Assembly: GCA_902600475.1 (NCBI GenBank)
Contig: CACKJM010000003.1
Location: 24,034 to 88,033 of the forward strand
Direction: 5' to 3'
Origin: an uncultured Prochlorococcus sp.
Lineage (GTDB): Bacteria; Cyanobacteriota; Cyanobacteriia; PCC-6307; Cyanobiaceae
Length of the DNA: 64,000 nucleotides
In this document: positions 49,498-59,734 of the stretch, piece after piece
Layout of the letters: each line of letters begins with the position of its first letter
Numbering within the stretch: the first letter of the stretch is position 1
Made by a program: the position numbers and the translations under genes
Notes under the pieces: model-generated
Databases searched by the model: none
The model's input: the letters and a program-made list of their open reading frames with translations, nothing else
What the model was told of the DNA's origin: nothing

Positions 49498-50420
49498 GTT
49501 TGCGTTACTAAACTATTTTCAAATTTCAACTTCGATGAATTGGTTAACTTTTGATTAACATAAATTTCTGCAGCATTATTTGGGCTCTCTTGGAGTCTTA
49601 TTTTGTGTAATGTTGCACCAAGTTGATGTATTGGTTTTTTCAGAATATCGGAAATATATAAAGCTATATTTTCAGCAGTTGGCACACAATTATGGAAAAA
49701 TTCGATGTCTTTATTAAGAAAAGTATGATCTAGTTGTTCAACAACTAAATCGTTAATTATCTCTTGGAGGGCAGATAAGTCGCAAACCATTCCTGTTCTT
49801 TTATCAATGTCTCCTTTTACAGTTATATCGACAAGATAGTTATGACCATGTCCATTAACTCTGGCACATTTCCCATAGATTGTTTTATTTTCCTCAAAGG
49901 ATATCTCTTGTTTTGCAAGTCTATGAGCTGCTGCAAAATGAGTTTGTACTGTTAAAAATGCTTCCATGTTTTTTCCAAAATAATCTGCCCATAAATTTGG
50001 GTTTTCATAAAGTCTTAGACTTGTAAGAGGTAAATCATCCTTCAGACGACGCCAAATGACCTTTACTAATGCTTCAGTTGTGGGAAGTATACCCTCTGAA
50101 TTATCAACATTAAATTCAGGCCAGACATCATTTAAAAAACGAAAATCTAATTGTCCAGTAACCTTATCTTTAATAGAGTGTTTTACATCAGAGAGATTAA
50201 GTACCATTCCATCAGAGTCTAGTTCTCCACCCATTGAAACAATAAGTTCATAATTATGACCATGTCCTGGTGCAATACTGCACTTTCCAAAAAGAGAAAA
50301 ATTTTCTTCTGGGCTTTTTTCAGGAAGCCAATAACGGTGACTAGAACTAAAGCAGGCACGTCGAGTTATGACGCATTCACGTCCTTTTCCATGTAATGGT
50401 TTGGATTGTGTAGAAGTCAT
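49494..50420 (-). CDS. Tandem-domain 6-pyruvoyl-tetrahydropterin synthase family protein
   Basis: Two T-fold repeats: CSIAPGHGHNY...PTTE and CARVNGHGHNY...PTAEN. Confidence 0.92.
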   Translation of the reverse strand: MTSTQSKPLHGKGRECVITRRACFSSSHRYWLPEKSPEENFSLFGKCSIAPGHGHNYELIVSMGGELDSDGMVLNLSDVKHSIKDKVTGQLDFRFLNDVWPEFNVDNSEGILPTTEALVKVIWRRLKDDLPLTSLRLYENPNLWADYFGKNMEAFLTVQTHFAAAHRLAKQEISFEENKTIYGKCARVNGHGHNYLVDITVKGDIDKRTGMVCDLSALQEIINDLVVEQLDHTFLNKDIEFFHNCVPTAENIALYISDILKKPIHQLGATLHKIRLQESPNNAAEIYVNQKLTNSSKLKFENSLVTQT

Positions 50421-50470
50421 ACCTATCTGCGATAATACTATCTTAAGGTTTTAAATACGCTTTTGTCTTT

Positions 50471-51028
50471 ATGGAACAATCCATTATCGAAAAAACAATT
50501 CATACGATCAAGGGCAGAAGTATATTTTTAATAGGAATGATGGGTTCTGGCAAGTCACAAACTGGTTTGAAGCTGGCTGAATTATTGAAGTATAAATACA
50601 TTGATTTAGATTCATTAATAGAGAAGTTGGCAAAAAAATCTATCAATCAAATTTTTAATGATGAAGGAGAAGATAATTTCCGCGAATTAGAAGCAAACTG
50701 CCTTAAAGAAACTATCAAAATTCCTTCATTAGTAATCTCAACTGGGGGAGGAATAGTTACCAAATTGGAAAACTGGGGAATCTTAAGACAGGGAATAATT
50801 GCTTGGATAGATCTCGACAAAGATATAGCAATTGAAAGATTGAAAAATGAAATTAAAAATAGGCCACTTCTTCAGGGAAAGAATCTAAATGATCTATATA
50901 TGAGCATTTTTCAATCTAGAGAAAATTTGTATTCTCAAGCAGATTTAAGAATTCAAGTAAAAAAAGAAAATATTGAAGAAGTTGCTATGAAAATAATTAA
51001 TGCAATTCATAAAGAAATCATTAGTTAA
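50471..51028 (+). CDS. aroK: Shikimate kinase
   Basis: GMMGSGKS, FRELE, STGGG, RPLL. Confidence 0.96.
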   Translation: MEQSIIEKTIHTIKGRSIFLIGMMGSGKSQTGLKLAELLKYKYIDLDSLIEKLAKKSINQIFNDEGEDNFRELEANCLKETIKIPSLVISTGGGIVTKLENWGILRQGIIAWIDLDKDIAIERLKNEIKNRPLLQGKNLNDLYMSIFQSRENLYSQADLRIQVKKENIEEVAMKIINAIHKEIIS

Positions 51029-51282
51029 TCTGGTTCAATTCTTACTGCAAACCATTTGATAACGTATCCTAATTTTATTTCTAATTCATAAGTGCTTTCC
51101 AATAATTCTTCAAAAAATTCCTGATCAGGATCTTCTATACTTTGATATATTGTTTGTGTTTCTGTCTTACTAAGCCAATTCTTTAACCATAAAATTGCTT
51201 CTTGCTTTGATACAATTTTTTCTTTTGAATCTGGCTCTAATAATACATAATGATCTGATGCTCTTATTAGTGGATTTGACAT
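51025..51282 (-). CDS. CRR7-like NDH-1 assembly protein
   Basis: DHYVLLEP and C-terminal WFAVRIE. Confidence 0.8.
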   Translation of the reverse strand: MSNPLIRASDHYVLLEPDSKEKIVSKQEAILWLKNWLSKTETQTIYQSIEDPDQEFFEELLESTYELEIKLGYVIKWFAVRIEPD

Positions 51283-51283
51283 A

Positions 51284-51991
51284 ATGAAAATTTTTCTTGG
51301 ATTAATTCTTTGCTTGATTTTTCAAGGAATTTTTTTAGAAAGTTCTTTTGCCTTAGTAGATTCTAACGTACGAGAGTTTTTGGAAAATCGTGTAAATCAA
51401 TGGCCAGAATTATATTTGCCAAATTTTAAATTATCGGATACTTCTAAGGATTTAATTTATCCTAAATGGTTCGAGGGGAATTGGCTTGTTACTTCTCGAG
51501 ATATAATTAATGATTCAGAAGAGCCAGTTATTTATAAAGTAAATTTCTTTAAGAATGATTCAGATTTAATTGTTGGTAATCGCGCAAAAAATTCTGAATC
51601 TATTGGAAAAGCAATATTTGGTGAAACTTTAATCAAGGTTGTAAATGATCCTCAATCTATTAATAATCAAATTACTTATTTAAAAGATGATTTTTATATC
51701 GATTCAAGAATTACAGGGAGAAATCAGATCCAAGATGATGATATTTTTTTCGCAGATGAGCTAGTTATACAAACAGCACATAAGCCAGATGCTTCAAGGA
51801 TTAATCAGGTAGAGACCATTAGTAAATTTCAAAAATGTTCCGAAGAAATATTGGAAGTTGATAATTCAATCAAACCATCAATTTGTGGAGTGCAATATGT
51901 TGCTTCTTATGGTTCAAAAGTTGGTGATCCTTCTACTCATGCTATAAAAACAAATAAATATAAATTGAAGTTTGAATTTATTGAGAGTTAG
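51284..51991 (+). CDS. Exported hypothetical protein (DUF6816-like)
   Basis: Signal peptide (SFA cleavage site), DLIYPKWFEGNWLVTS. Confidence 0.75.
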   Translation: MKIFLGLILCLIFQGIFLESSFALVDSNVREFLENRVNQWPELYLPNFKLSDTSKDLIYPKWFEGNWLVTSRDIINDSEEPVIYKVNFFKNDSDLIVGNRAKNSESIGKAIFGETLIKVVNDPQSINNQITYLKDDFYIDSRITGRNQIQDDDIFFADELVIQTAHKPDASRINQVETISKFQKCSEEILEVDNSIKPSICGVQYVASYGSKVGDPSTHAIKTNKYKLKFEFIES

Positions 51992-52703
51992 CACTAAAAA
52001 GATATTCTTCTAAGTTGTTCCTCCAAATGAAGAGATTTTCTAGATAAGGGTTGTTTATGTATTCTTGGCTTCCTTCTCCTGAAAGAATTGGTCCTGCAGA
52101 CGTTGGAAATTTAAGAAGGGATAATTGAGCAGCAATTGAAATATCTGCAATTGATAAACTATCTCCAACTAAATATTTCTTGTTGATCAAGGATTTTGAT
52201 AAAGCTTCCAGTAATTTTTGGAGTTCTAAATTATCTTTAGAAGACAAAACTACATTCGAAATTTTACTAAGATTTTTAAAAGGTAATTTATCAACAATAC
52301 TTTTAACTGAAGAAGGTATTTCATCTGGAAGTAATGCAGTTCTTAGCTGTGGATTTTCTATTGCAGATTTTATTAAAGCTTTTCTACAAGTTGTAGCCAT
52401 TGTAGTATCTGCCCAGTCTTCAATTAGTTTGCATTGTGCAAATAATATTGGATCCTCCGGAAAGAGTGGATTGTTTTCATTTTTTTTATCTAAATATTCG
52501 CAAATAGTTGAAGAGTCATTAATAACTTGATCATTACTATCGACTATTACAGGGACTTGTTTTTGACCTGATAATTTAAAGATTTCAAATTGGCCTATTC
52601 CAGGTCTTACTTCTTCAACTCGATATTGTAGTTTTTTTGCATGAAGAGCCATTCTTGTTTTTAAACAAAAAGCACTATGCCTAAATTGATATAATGTAAT
52701 CAT
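51978..52703 (-). CDS. Glutathione S-transferase family protein
   Basis: SAFCLK, QVPV, DSSTICEYL, YLVGDSLSIADI. Confidence 0.92.
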   Translation of the reverse strand: MITLYQFRHSAFCLKTRMALHAKKLQYRVEEVRPGIGQFEIFKLSGQKQVPVIVDSNDQVINDSSTICEYLDKKNENNPLFPEDPILFAQCKLIEDWADTTMATTCRKALIKSAIENPQLRTALLPDEIPSSVKSIVDKLPFKNLSKISNVVLSSKDNLELQKLLEALSKSLINKKYLVGDSLSIADISIAAQLSLLKFPTSAGPILSGEGSQEYINNPYLENLFIWRNNLEEYLFSANSQ

Positions 52704-52748
52704 GCTGTTTAATGTTTGTTAAAACTTAGCTAAAAAAGTAATCTATTT

Positions 52749-52967
52749 GTGGAGCTGATGGGCGAATTTTTCTCTAATGTTGCGAGATATCCAAAGTATT
52801 TGATATCTATAATTGTTGGGGGACTTGTTGCTTTGCTTGAACCTTTATTCAAGAATAGATCAAATCCACTCACAATAGTAGGTTTGATATCTTCTGTCTT
52901 AAGTGCTTTCATAACTTTTTATTTTGTCTTGCAAGCGATGACAAATCCAATAAATTTACAACCATAA
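52749..52967 (+). CDS. DUF751/Ycf33 family protein
   Basis: FFSNVARYPKYLI motif; alternative ATG at 52758. Confidence 0.85.
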   Translation: MELMGEFFSNVARYPKYLISIIVGGLVALLEPLFKNRSNPLTIVGLISSVLSAFITFYFVLQAMTNPINLQP

Positions 52968-53359
52968 TGCCAAATAATTACCGTCTTGCAAAAGTTTCTT
53001 CTCTTTTGAAGAAAGAAATAACCCTTATTTTGCAGAATGATTTAGAAAATGATCTTATTAGAGATCATTTCGTCAATATTTCTAAGATTGATTTATCAGG
53101 TGATTTGCAACACTGTAAAATTTATATAACTTCAACTGCTGAAGAGAAAGTAAGGAAAGAGATTGTGGAAAACTTGAATACTGCTAAAAGCTCTATAAGG
53201 CATAGTTTAGGAAAAAGAATTGAGATGAGAAGAGTTCCAGAGATAATTTTTAAAGACGATGTTGTTCTTGATAAAGGATTATCAGTCTTGAAACTTCTTG
53301 ATGAATTAAAAAATCAAAATCAAAATAATAATGTTGAGGACAAGGATGCCAAAAGTTGA
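52967..53359 (+). CDS. rbfA: Ribosome-binding factor A
   Basis: SGDLQHCKIY, MRRVPEIIFKDD. Confidence 0.95.
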   Translation: MPNNYRLAKVSSLLKKEITLILQNDLENDLIRDHFVNISKIDLSGDLQHCKIYITSTAEEKVRKEIVENLNTAKSSIRHSLGKRIEMRRVPEIIFKDDVVLDKGLSVLKLLDELKNQNQNNNVEDKDAKS

Positions 53360-54143
53360 TCTACCCCTTGATCAAAGAAATATAATAATTACTCGATCAA
53401 AAGAAGGGATATTGGATATACAAAAGATTTTCACAAGCAAGGGCGCTAATGTATTTGATTTACCTGCAATAAGTATTGGTGATCCTGATGATTTGAATCC
53501 TCTTGACGAAGCATTAAATCAAATAAATGATTTTCATTGGATTATTTTTTCCAGTAGTAATGGGATCAAATTTGTTGATAAAAGACTTAGATACTTTAAT
53601 AGTTCATTAAAGGAATGTTCTAAAAAAACAAAAATCGCCGTAGTCGGAGAAAAAACCTCAAAAACTCTTGATGATTTTGGGATTAAGGCTGATTTCATAC
53701 CTCCAGAATTTGTTGCTGAAAGTTTAATTGATAATTTCCCAGTATCTGGTTATGGACTTCGAGTTTTTGTACCAAGAGTTCAAACAGGTGGTAGAGATTT
53801 AATTGCAGATCAATTTAGAAAGGCTGGTTCTCGTGTATTTGAGGTTGCTGCATATGAAACTAGATGTCCTGAATCAATTCCGCAAGAAACAATTGATATT
53901 ATTTCTAATCGAAAAGTCGATGCAATTATTTTCTCAAGCGGTAAAACCGTAGTAAATGCTGCTTTTTTACTAGAAAAAAAACTTGGTAAACAATGGTTAG
54001 AATATTTTGAGCAAATTAAGTTATTAACTATTGGACCTCAGACAACAAAAGTATGTAACAAGATTTTTGGAAAAGTTGATAGTCAGGCACAAAAATATAC
54101 TTTTGAAGGACTACTAGATGTAGCAATTAATATTTTTAGTTAG
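53346..54143 (+). CDS. hemD: Uroporphyrinogen-III synthase
   Basis: IITR, IFSSSNG, VGEKT, AYET, FSSG, IGPQT. Confidence 0.93.
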   Translation: MPKVDLPLDQRNIIITRSKEGILDIQKIFTSKGANVFDLPAISIGDPDDLNPLDEALNQINDFHWIIFSSSNGIKFVDKRLRYFNSSLKECSKKTKIAVVGEKTSKTLDDFGIKADFIPPEFVAESLIDNFPVSGYGLRVFVPRVQTGGRDLIADQFRKAGSRVFEVAAYETRCPESIPQETIDIISNRKVDAIIFSSGKTVVNAAFLLEKKLGKQWLEYFEQIKLLTIGPQTTKVCNKIFGKVDSQAQKYTFEGLLDVAINIFS

Positions 54144-54606
54144 AAAAATTTTTTGTATAGTTTTTTTCAACTAAATCTTTGAACCTATCAATATTGGCCT
54201 GTAATTCGTTTGTAACCATTTTGCCTAAAATATTTTCTTCCATAAACCGAGCAATCATTTTTGGTAGTTCATAAGTTATGGCTAAATTGACCGTTGTAAT
54301 TTGATCAGTTTTACTTTCGAAAACTACTGATCCCTCAGTTGGTAAACCTCCTATTGATTTCCATTTAAGTTTGCTTTTTTCAACCCTTTCTGTAATTTGA
54401 GCTTTCCATTTAAACCTAAAGCCATTTGCAGCTAAAGTCCATTCTGTTAAATCTGGTAACGTATTAGTTTCTTCATCAACTGTTTTTACAGATTCAATCC
54501 AGCTCATCCAAAGTGACATTGAGTCTAAATCGCTCCATGTATCCCATACATTTTCAAGAGGCGCATTAACGACCGTTATAACGTCATGTTTTAGCCAAGT
54601 ACCCAT
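54136..54606 (-). CDS. SRPBCC/cyclase-dehydrase family protein
   Basis: VNAPLENVWDTWSD...WMSWIESV; directly downstream of zds. Confidence 0.88.
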   Translation of the reverse strand: MGTWLKHDVITVVNAPLENVWDTWSDLDSMSLWMSWIESVKTVDEETNTLPDLTEWTLAANGFRFKWKAQITERVEKSKLKWKSIGGLPTEGSVVFESKTDQITTVNLAITYELPKMIARFMEENILGKMVTNELQANIDRFKDLVEKNYTKNFSN

Positions 54607-54609
54607 GAA

Positions 54610-56064
54610 TTAACTTACTGCAAGATTTTTTGCTAATTCGGCTTTCTTCTCTAAAATTGCGGCAGCAGCTAAATGACCACTCATCGTAGCTCCCTCCATA
54701 GAGTCTATATAATCTTGTTTTGTATAACTACCAGCCATGAAGAAATTAGATATAGATGTTTTTTGATCGGGTCTGAAAGGTTCCATTCCGGGAGCTTCTC
54801 TGTACAGTGATTGTGGAATTTGTACCACGTTACTCCAAAGCAATTTAAGGTTTTTTGAGGATGGGAATAGACGGCGAACCTCTTTATCTATTTCTTTTGT
54901 AATTCTTTCTGTGGATCTTCCCATCCATCTATCGCCAGGAGTTAAAACACATTGGAGAAGCGATCCCATATCTTTTTTTCTATAGTCTGTTGGACTTGCT
55001 AGTGCTAAATCAGCAAAACAACTGAAAGAGGCATCAGCAGAATAAAGAAGGTTATCTAGTCCAGTTGGTTCGTTTCCAGTATTATCTTTTTGTAATTCAG
55101 TAACCCAACCGTCATATCTTAATTGGATTGTGGCAACAGCTACAGCTCTTAGTTTTTTTAAACCTTCGAATTCTTTAAATTGATACCATTCTTTTGGAAT
55201 TATTTTTTTTATTCCAGGAACATCACAGGCAGCTAGAAATTTATCTGCAAACACTGCCTTAATTCCTTCAGGATAAGATATTTTTAATTGATTTACTGAA
55301 TAAGAGGAAGATTCTTTTTCATAAATGATTTCTTCTACCTTATGGTTAAGATGTATTTTTGCTCCTTTGTTTGTGATGTAGTCGACAATAGGTTGAGTTA
55401 ACCACTTATGAGGTGAACCTTTTAAAAGGTTAAGTTTTGAGGCTTCTGTTTTTGAAGCAAACATCATAAATATAGTTAGCATGCATCTTGCTGAAATATC
55501 TTTGCAATTAATAAAACCTAAAGCATATGCGATAGGATCCCACATTCTTTCTAAGCTTTTTTCACTTCCACCATGGTTTAAAAACCATTCTTTAAAACTA
55601 ATTTTATCTAGATCTCTAATTATTTTCATTGCGCCTTCATAGTCTATCAATCCTCTAACTATTGGGCTTGTACCTAAAGCCAAGGCATTTCTGAACTTAT
55701 CTACCCAAGTAAGTTGTTCGGTGGTAAAAAAAGCTTTTAGTCCATTAAATGGAGCACCCAAGGGGAATCTGAAATCTAACGATTTCAAATTCCCACCATT
55801 ATTAATGAATAGATGCGTATGATCTTTCGGGAGTAAATTATCTAAAGCCCCCACTTTTTTCATTAATTTAAAAAGATTTGCGTAATTGTAAAAAAATACA
55901 TGTAAGCCCATTTCTATGTGGTTGCCATCCTTATCTTCCCAACTTCCAACTTTACCTCCCCAAAATGGCCTGCTCTCGTAAATTTCTACTTCATGACCTT
56001 CATCAACTAAATTGACTGCTGCTGTAAGACCAGCTAATCCTGAACCAACTATTGCAATTTTCAC
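54610..56064 (-). CDS. zds: Zeta-carotene desaturase
   Basis: [32 protein letters not shown]. Confidence 0.96.
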   Translation of the reverse strand: MKIAIVGSGLAGLTAAVNLVDEGHEVEIYESRPFWGGKVGSWEDKDGNHIEMGLHVFFYNYANLFKLMKKVGALDNLLPKDHTHLFINNGGNLKSLDFRFPLGAPFNGLKAFFTTEQLTWVDKFRNALALGTSPIVRGLIDYEGAMKIIRDLDKISFKEWFLNHGGSEKSLERMWDPIAYALGFINCKDISARCMLTIFMMFASKTEASKLNLLKGSPHKWLTQPIVDYITNKGAKIHLNHKVEEIIYEKESSSYSVNQLKISYPEGIKAVFADKFLAACDVPGIKKIIPKEWYQFKEFEGLKKLRAVAVATIQLRYDGWVTELQKDNTGNEPTGLDNLLYSADASFSCFADLALASPTDYRKKDMGSLLQCVLTPGDRWMGRSTERITKEIDKEVRRLFPSSKNLKLLWSNVVQIPQSLYREAPGMEPFRPDQKTSISNFFMAGSYTKQDYIDSMEGATMSGHLAAAAILEKKAELAKNLAVS

Positions 56065-56163
56065 TTTTTCTTAAAATTATAACAAATCAAGTTTGGATAA
56101 TGTTTGTTCTATGCATCCTATCGATTAAGTTTTTATATTATAAATAGTAGAAATCCTTTGTTT

Positions 56164-56556
56164 ATGGAAAATGTAGAAGTTAAACAGGAAATTAAAAATT
56201 CTGATGATGGTAAAGGTATCTTAATTACGAATGATGCTATAGAACAAATTTCAAATTTATTAAATGGCCAAAGTGATAAAAAAGCACTAAGGGTAGGAGT
56301 AAGATCAGGAGGCTGTAGTGGTATGAGTTATACGATGGATTTTATAGGAACTAATGAAATAAATTCCGATGATAAAGTTTATGATTATTCACTAAAAGCT
56401 GATCAAAGCTTTCAAGTAGTTTGTGATCCTAAAAGTCTTTTATATATTTACGGAATGCAATTAGATTTTAGTAAGGAATTAATTGGCGGCGGCTTTAACT
56501 TTGTAAATCCTAATGCTTCCCAAACTTGCGGGTGCGGAAGCTCTTTTGCTGTTTAA
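56164..56556 (+). CDS. iscA: A-type Fe-S carrier (IscA/HesB family)
   Basis: GGCSGMSY and CGCGSSF. Confidence 0.9.
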   Translation: MENVEVKQEIKNSDDGKGILITNDAIEQISNLLNGQSDKKALRVGVRSGGCSGMSYTMDFIGTNEINSDDKVYDYSLKADQSFQVVCDPKSLLYIYGMQLDFSKELIGGGFNFVNPNASQTCGCGSSFAV

Positions 56557-56562
56557 TAAATA

Positions 56563-56991
56563 ATGAATAACGAAATTAATCCTATCGAAGAGGATTTTAA
56601 TGCAGCTCTATCAAGATATAAATCTGGGCAAGATTTAATTCCAATCGTTCAAGATTTTCAAAAAATCATACAGCAAATACCAAATCATTTTGCTGCTTGG
56701 ACTTGCTTATCATGGCTTCAACTACTTTTGAAAAATAATGAACAAGCTTTGGCAGCTGCCAGACAAGCTGTTCGATTAAATCAGCAGGACCCACAAGCAA
56801 GAATGAATTTGTCTTTAGCTCTTTTGGCTACAAATAATAAAGGTGTTAGGGATCATATTGAGGTAATAAAAAAAATGTCTATGATGATGCCAGATGTGAA
56901 AAGTGAGTTGAAAGAATCTGTTGAAGACGGATTAAGTAGATATCCAGATTGGCCCGAGTTAACCAAAGTAAAAAAATGGTTGGAATTTTAA
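56563..56991 (+). CDS. TPR-like protein
   Basis: PNHFAAWTCLSW...AVRLNQQDPQARMNL helical repeats. Confidence 0.82.
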   Translation: MNNEINPIEEDFNAALSRYKSGQDLIPIVQDFQKIIQQIPNHFAAWTCLSWLQLLLKNNEQALAAARQAVRLNQQDPQARMNLSLALLATNNKGVRDHIEVIKKMSMMMPDVKSELKESVEDGLSRYPDWPELTKVKKWLEF

Positions 56992-56992
56992 A

Positions 56993-58196
56993 TTGTTTAA
57001 AATTTTAATATTAAGTAATGGGCATGGGGAAGATCTATCTGGGAGTCTAATAGCTAAGCAATTCGTAAAAAGTGGTTATTCTGTTCATGCGTTGCCAATT
57101 GTTGGTACAGGAAACCATTACGAAAAAGAAAACATTAAAATTATAGGTAAAACTAAAGAATTTAGTACTGGAGGAATTGGATATAATTCTTTTAAGGGAA
57201 GACTCACTGAGATATTAGGAGGAGAAGTATTTTATCTTTTAAAAAAGATTATATTTAACTTTTAAAATAAGAAAAAAATATGATTATTTTTTTGTCGTTG
57301 GAGATATTGTACCAGTTTTTTTTGCATGGGTTTGTAAGAAAGATTTTTTTACATATCTAGTTGCTTATTCCAGTCATTATGAAGGGAAGTTGAAATTACC
57401 ATGGCCTTCTAAATTTTTTCTGCTCTCACAAAAAGCAAAAAAAATATATACGAGAGATTCTCTTACAGCTAATGATTTAACTTTGCAATTAACAAAAAAA
57501 GTGTCTTTTTTAGGCAATCCATTTATGGATAAGTTTTTTTCTAGAAATAAAGTATTAAAGAAATCTGAATTTAGTATTGGATTATTTCCAGGGAGTAGAT
57601 TTCCGGAGATTTTAGATAATTTTATTTTGATTTTAGAGGTATTAGAGGCATTATCAGATTTAAGATATTTTCAAAAAATTCAGTTTAATTTTGCAATAGT
57701 TAATGCTTTATCTTCTTCAAAAATAGAGGAGATATTTCAAAAAAGAGGATGGTTAAACCTAGAAAAAATAAAAGATAAGTACCTCTTGAAATTCCAATAT
57801 AAATTTTTAGAAGTTAATGTATATTGGAATAATTTTGACAACATATTGTTGGAAAGTAGATGCTGTATCAGCATGGCAGGAACAGCAGCAGAGCAAGCGA
57901 TTGGATTAGGAAAACCCGTTATCCAGATTGAAGGTAAAGGTCCACAATTTACAAAAACTTTTGCAGAAGCGCAAAGACGTTTGCTTGGAAAATATGTTTT
58001 TTGTGCCATTAATTATAAAGATAAGAATGATCAAATAAATCAGACAATAAAATTGATTATAAAAGTAATATATCTAATACAGCTAAATAAGAAGTTTATG
58101 ATCTCATGTAATGAAAATGCTAAAAAAAGACTTGGTGAAAACAAAGCTTGTTTTAAGATGGTGGATGATATGAATATTGTTATAAAAAATGACTAA
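56993..58196 (+). pseudogene. Lipid-A-disaccharide synthase-related (TIGR03492-like) gene split by a +1 frameshift
   Basis: The N-terminal ORF (LSNGHGED) stops at 57265. The +1 frame is open from AGA 57246 (RLYLTFKIRKKYDYFFVVGDIVP...) through FPGSR, MAGTAAEQ and GPQFT. The shift lies in TTTT-AAAAAA at 57237-57246. Confidence 0.88.
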
Positions 58197-58458
58197 GGAA
58201 AATAATCAAAATAAGTTAAAACAAATTATCGACAATTTATTATTAATAAATTTATTTACAGTAATTTTTTTTGCAATATTTTTTATTTTTGCAATCATCA
58301 TGCAATTAAATGGGATATTTATTTTTATTAATTTTATTCAGATAGTTTGGAATCCTCTTGTAGTTCCATTGATAACAATTCTTATTATTGGTGCTTTAGT
58401 AAACGGCATTAATTCTTGGTGGAGGCGTAAATTGCTTTCTCAAGAAGAGGATATTTAA
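58189..58458 (+). CDS. Small two-TM hypothetical protein
   Basis: Hydrophobic helices, WNPLVVP; start overlaps the upstream stop. Confidence 0.75.
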   Translation: MTKENNQNKLKQIIDNLLLINLFTVIFFAIFFIFAIIMQLNGIFIFINFIQIVWNPLVVPLITILIIGALVNGINSWWRRKLLSQEEDI

Positions 58459-59335
58459 AAGCATAATTTTTGAGTTTACTACTTATTACTTTTTGTCCTT
58501 CTAATACAACTTTTGCTCCATCTCCTAAAATTATTTTTAAAACCGCTCCTGGCACTGGAAGTAAATTAGGTCTATTCAAACATGAGCCTAAAGTCTGAGA
58601 AAATTCTCTCATTAATACTGGATTTGGTGCAACAGCATTAAATACTCCTGAATACTTTTTATCGACTAATGCTTGAGTAATTAATCCACACAAATCACTT
58701 CTGTGAATCCAGCTCATCCATTGCTTACCATCTCCAATTGGTCCACCTAGTCCAACTTTAAATATAGGGAGCATTTTCCCTAATGCTCCTCCATCTGCCT
58801 CTAAGACAATTCCAATTCTAAAAATAACTAACCTAGAGAAAAATGGTTTTTCAGCAGCGACGGCTTCCCATTTTTTGCAAAGATTAGCCAAAAAGTCTTT
58901 TCCTTCAATACTATTTTCTGTGAATTCATCAGACAAACTTGTACCGTAATAACCTATTGCTGATCCATTTATAATGACTTTTGGGTTGATTTTGAAATTT
59001 TTAAGGGTCTTCATCATAAATTTCGTAGTGTTAATGCGACTTTTTTCAATCTCCTGTTTTTGTGCTGAAGTCCATTTTTTTTCTGCTATAGGTTCTCCCA
59101 TCAAGTTAATTATTCCGTCTGTCTCTCTTAAGATATTTAGAAGATTTTGATTATTCCAGTTTTTTTCTTTTGACAAATCTATTTGAAAAAATTTAAATTT
59201 ATTGAAATCTAAATCAAGTTTTAATTTGCTGATGGATTTTCTACTTACAATATATATTTCGTGATTTTCATTGAGAAGTGTTGGTACTAATTCTTTCCCA
59301 ACAAATCCAGTGCAGCCAAGTAGTAAAAGACGCAT
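58409..59335 (-). CDS. TIGR01777 family NAD-dependent epimerase/oxidoreductase
   Basis: GCTGFVG, NLMGEPI, SAIGYYG, GGPIGDGKQWMSWIH. Confidence 0.93.
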   Translation of the reverse strand: MRLLLLGCTGFVGKELVPTLLNENHEIYIVSRKSISKLKLDLDFNKFKFFQIDLSKEKNWNNQNLLNILRETDGIINLMGEPIAEKKWTSAQKQEIEKSRINTTKFMMKTLKNFKINPKVIINGSAIGYYGTSLSDEFTENSIEGKDFLANLCKKWEAVAAEKPFFSRLVIFRIGIVLEADGGALGKMLPIFKVGLGGPIGDGKQWMSWIHRSDLCGLITQALVDKKYSGVFNAVAPNPVLMREFSQTLGSCLNRPNLLPVPGAVLKIILGDGAKVVLEGQKVISSKLKNYAFKYPLLEKAIYASTKN

Positions 59336-59474
59336 ATTTTATAGATATTTATTAATTAAGGCTATTAAATTTTTTAGACGTTTGTAATTATTATTATTCT
59401 GTTATCAATTTTTTTAAATATTTATCAAACAAGTTTTTGTATAATAAATTTCAAATAACTTTGTTGAATTTATT

Positions 59475-59705
59475 ATGACAGATTCTATTCCAAAGAAACC
59501 TCTCAAGAAAGGAAGCTTAGTTTTTGTCGATAAAGACAGTTATATAAAAAGTATTGAGGCTCTAGCTAGTGATAATGATTTACCTAATTATGTCTTTGAA
59601 GGTCCTGGAGAGATTCTTACCATCAAAGATGAATATGCTCAGATTAGATGGCGCAGACCTGTTCCAGATGTTTGGTTGAAATTAGATCAACTAAAAGAAT
59701 ATTGA
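59475..59705 (+). CDS. ndhO: NDH-1 subunit O
   Basis: LKKGSLV, SIEALASD, YVFEGPGE, PVPDVWL. Confidence 0.93.
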   Translation: MTDSIPKKPLKKGSLVFVDKDSYIKSIEALASDNDLPNYVFEGPGEILTIKDEYAQIRWRRPVPDVWLKLDQLKEY

Positions 59706-59734
59706 AGAATTTTGATACTTAGAAAATTTTATTT

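Noticed and set aside
57390-58196. Stand-alone 268-aa gene
   Set aside because: It is the C-terminal part of the frameshifted gene that starts at 56993.
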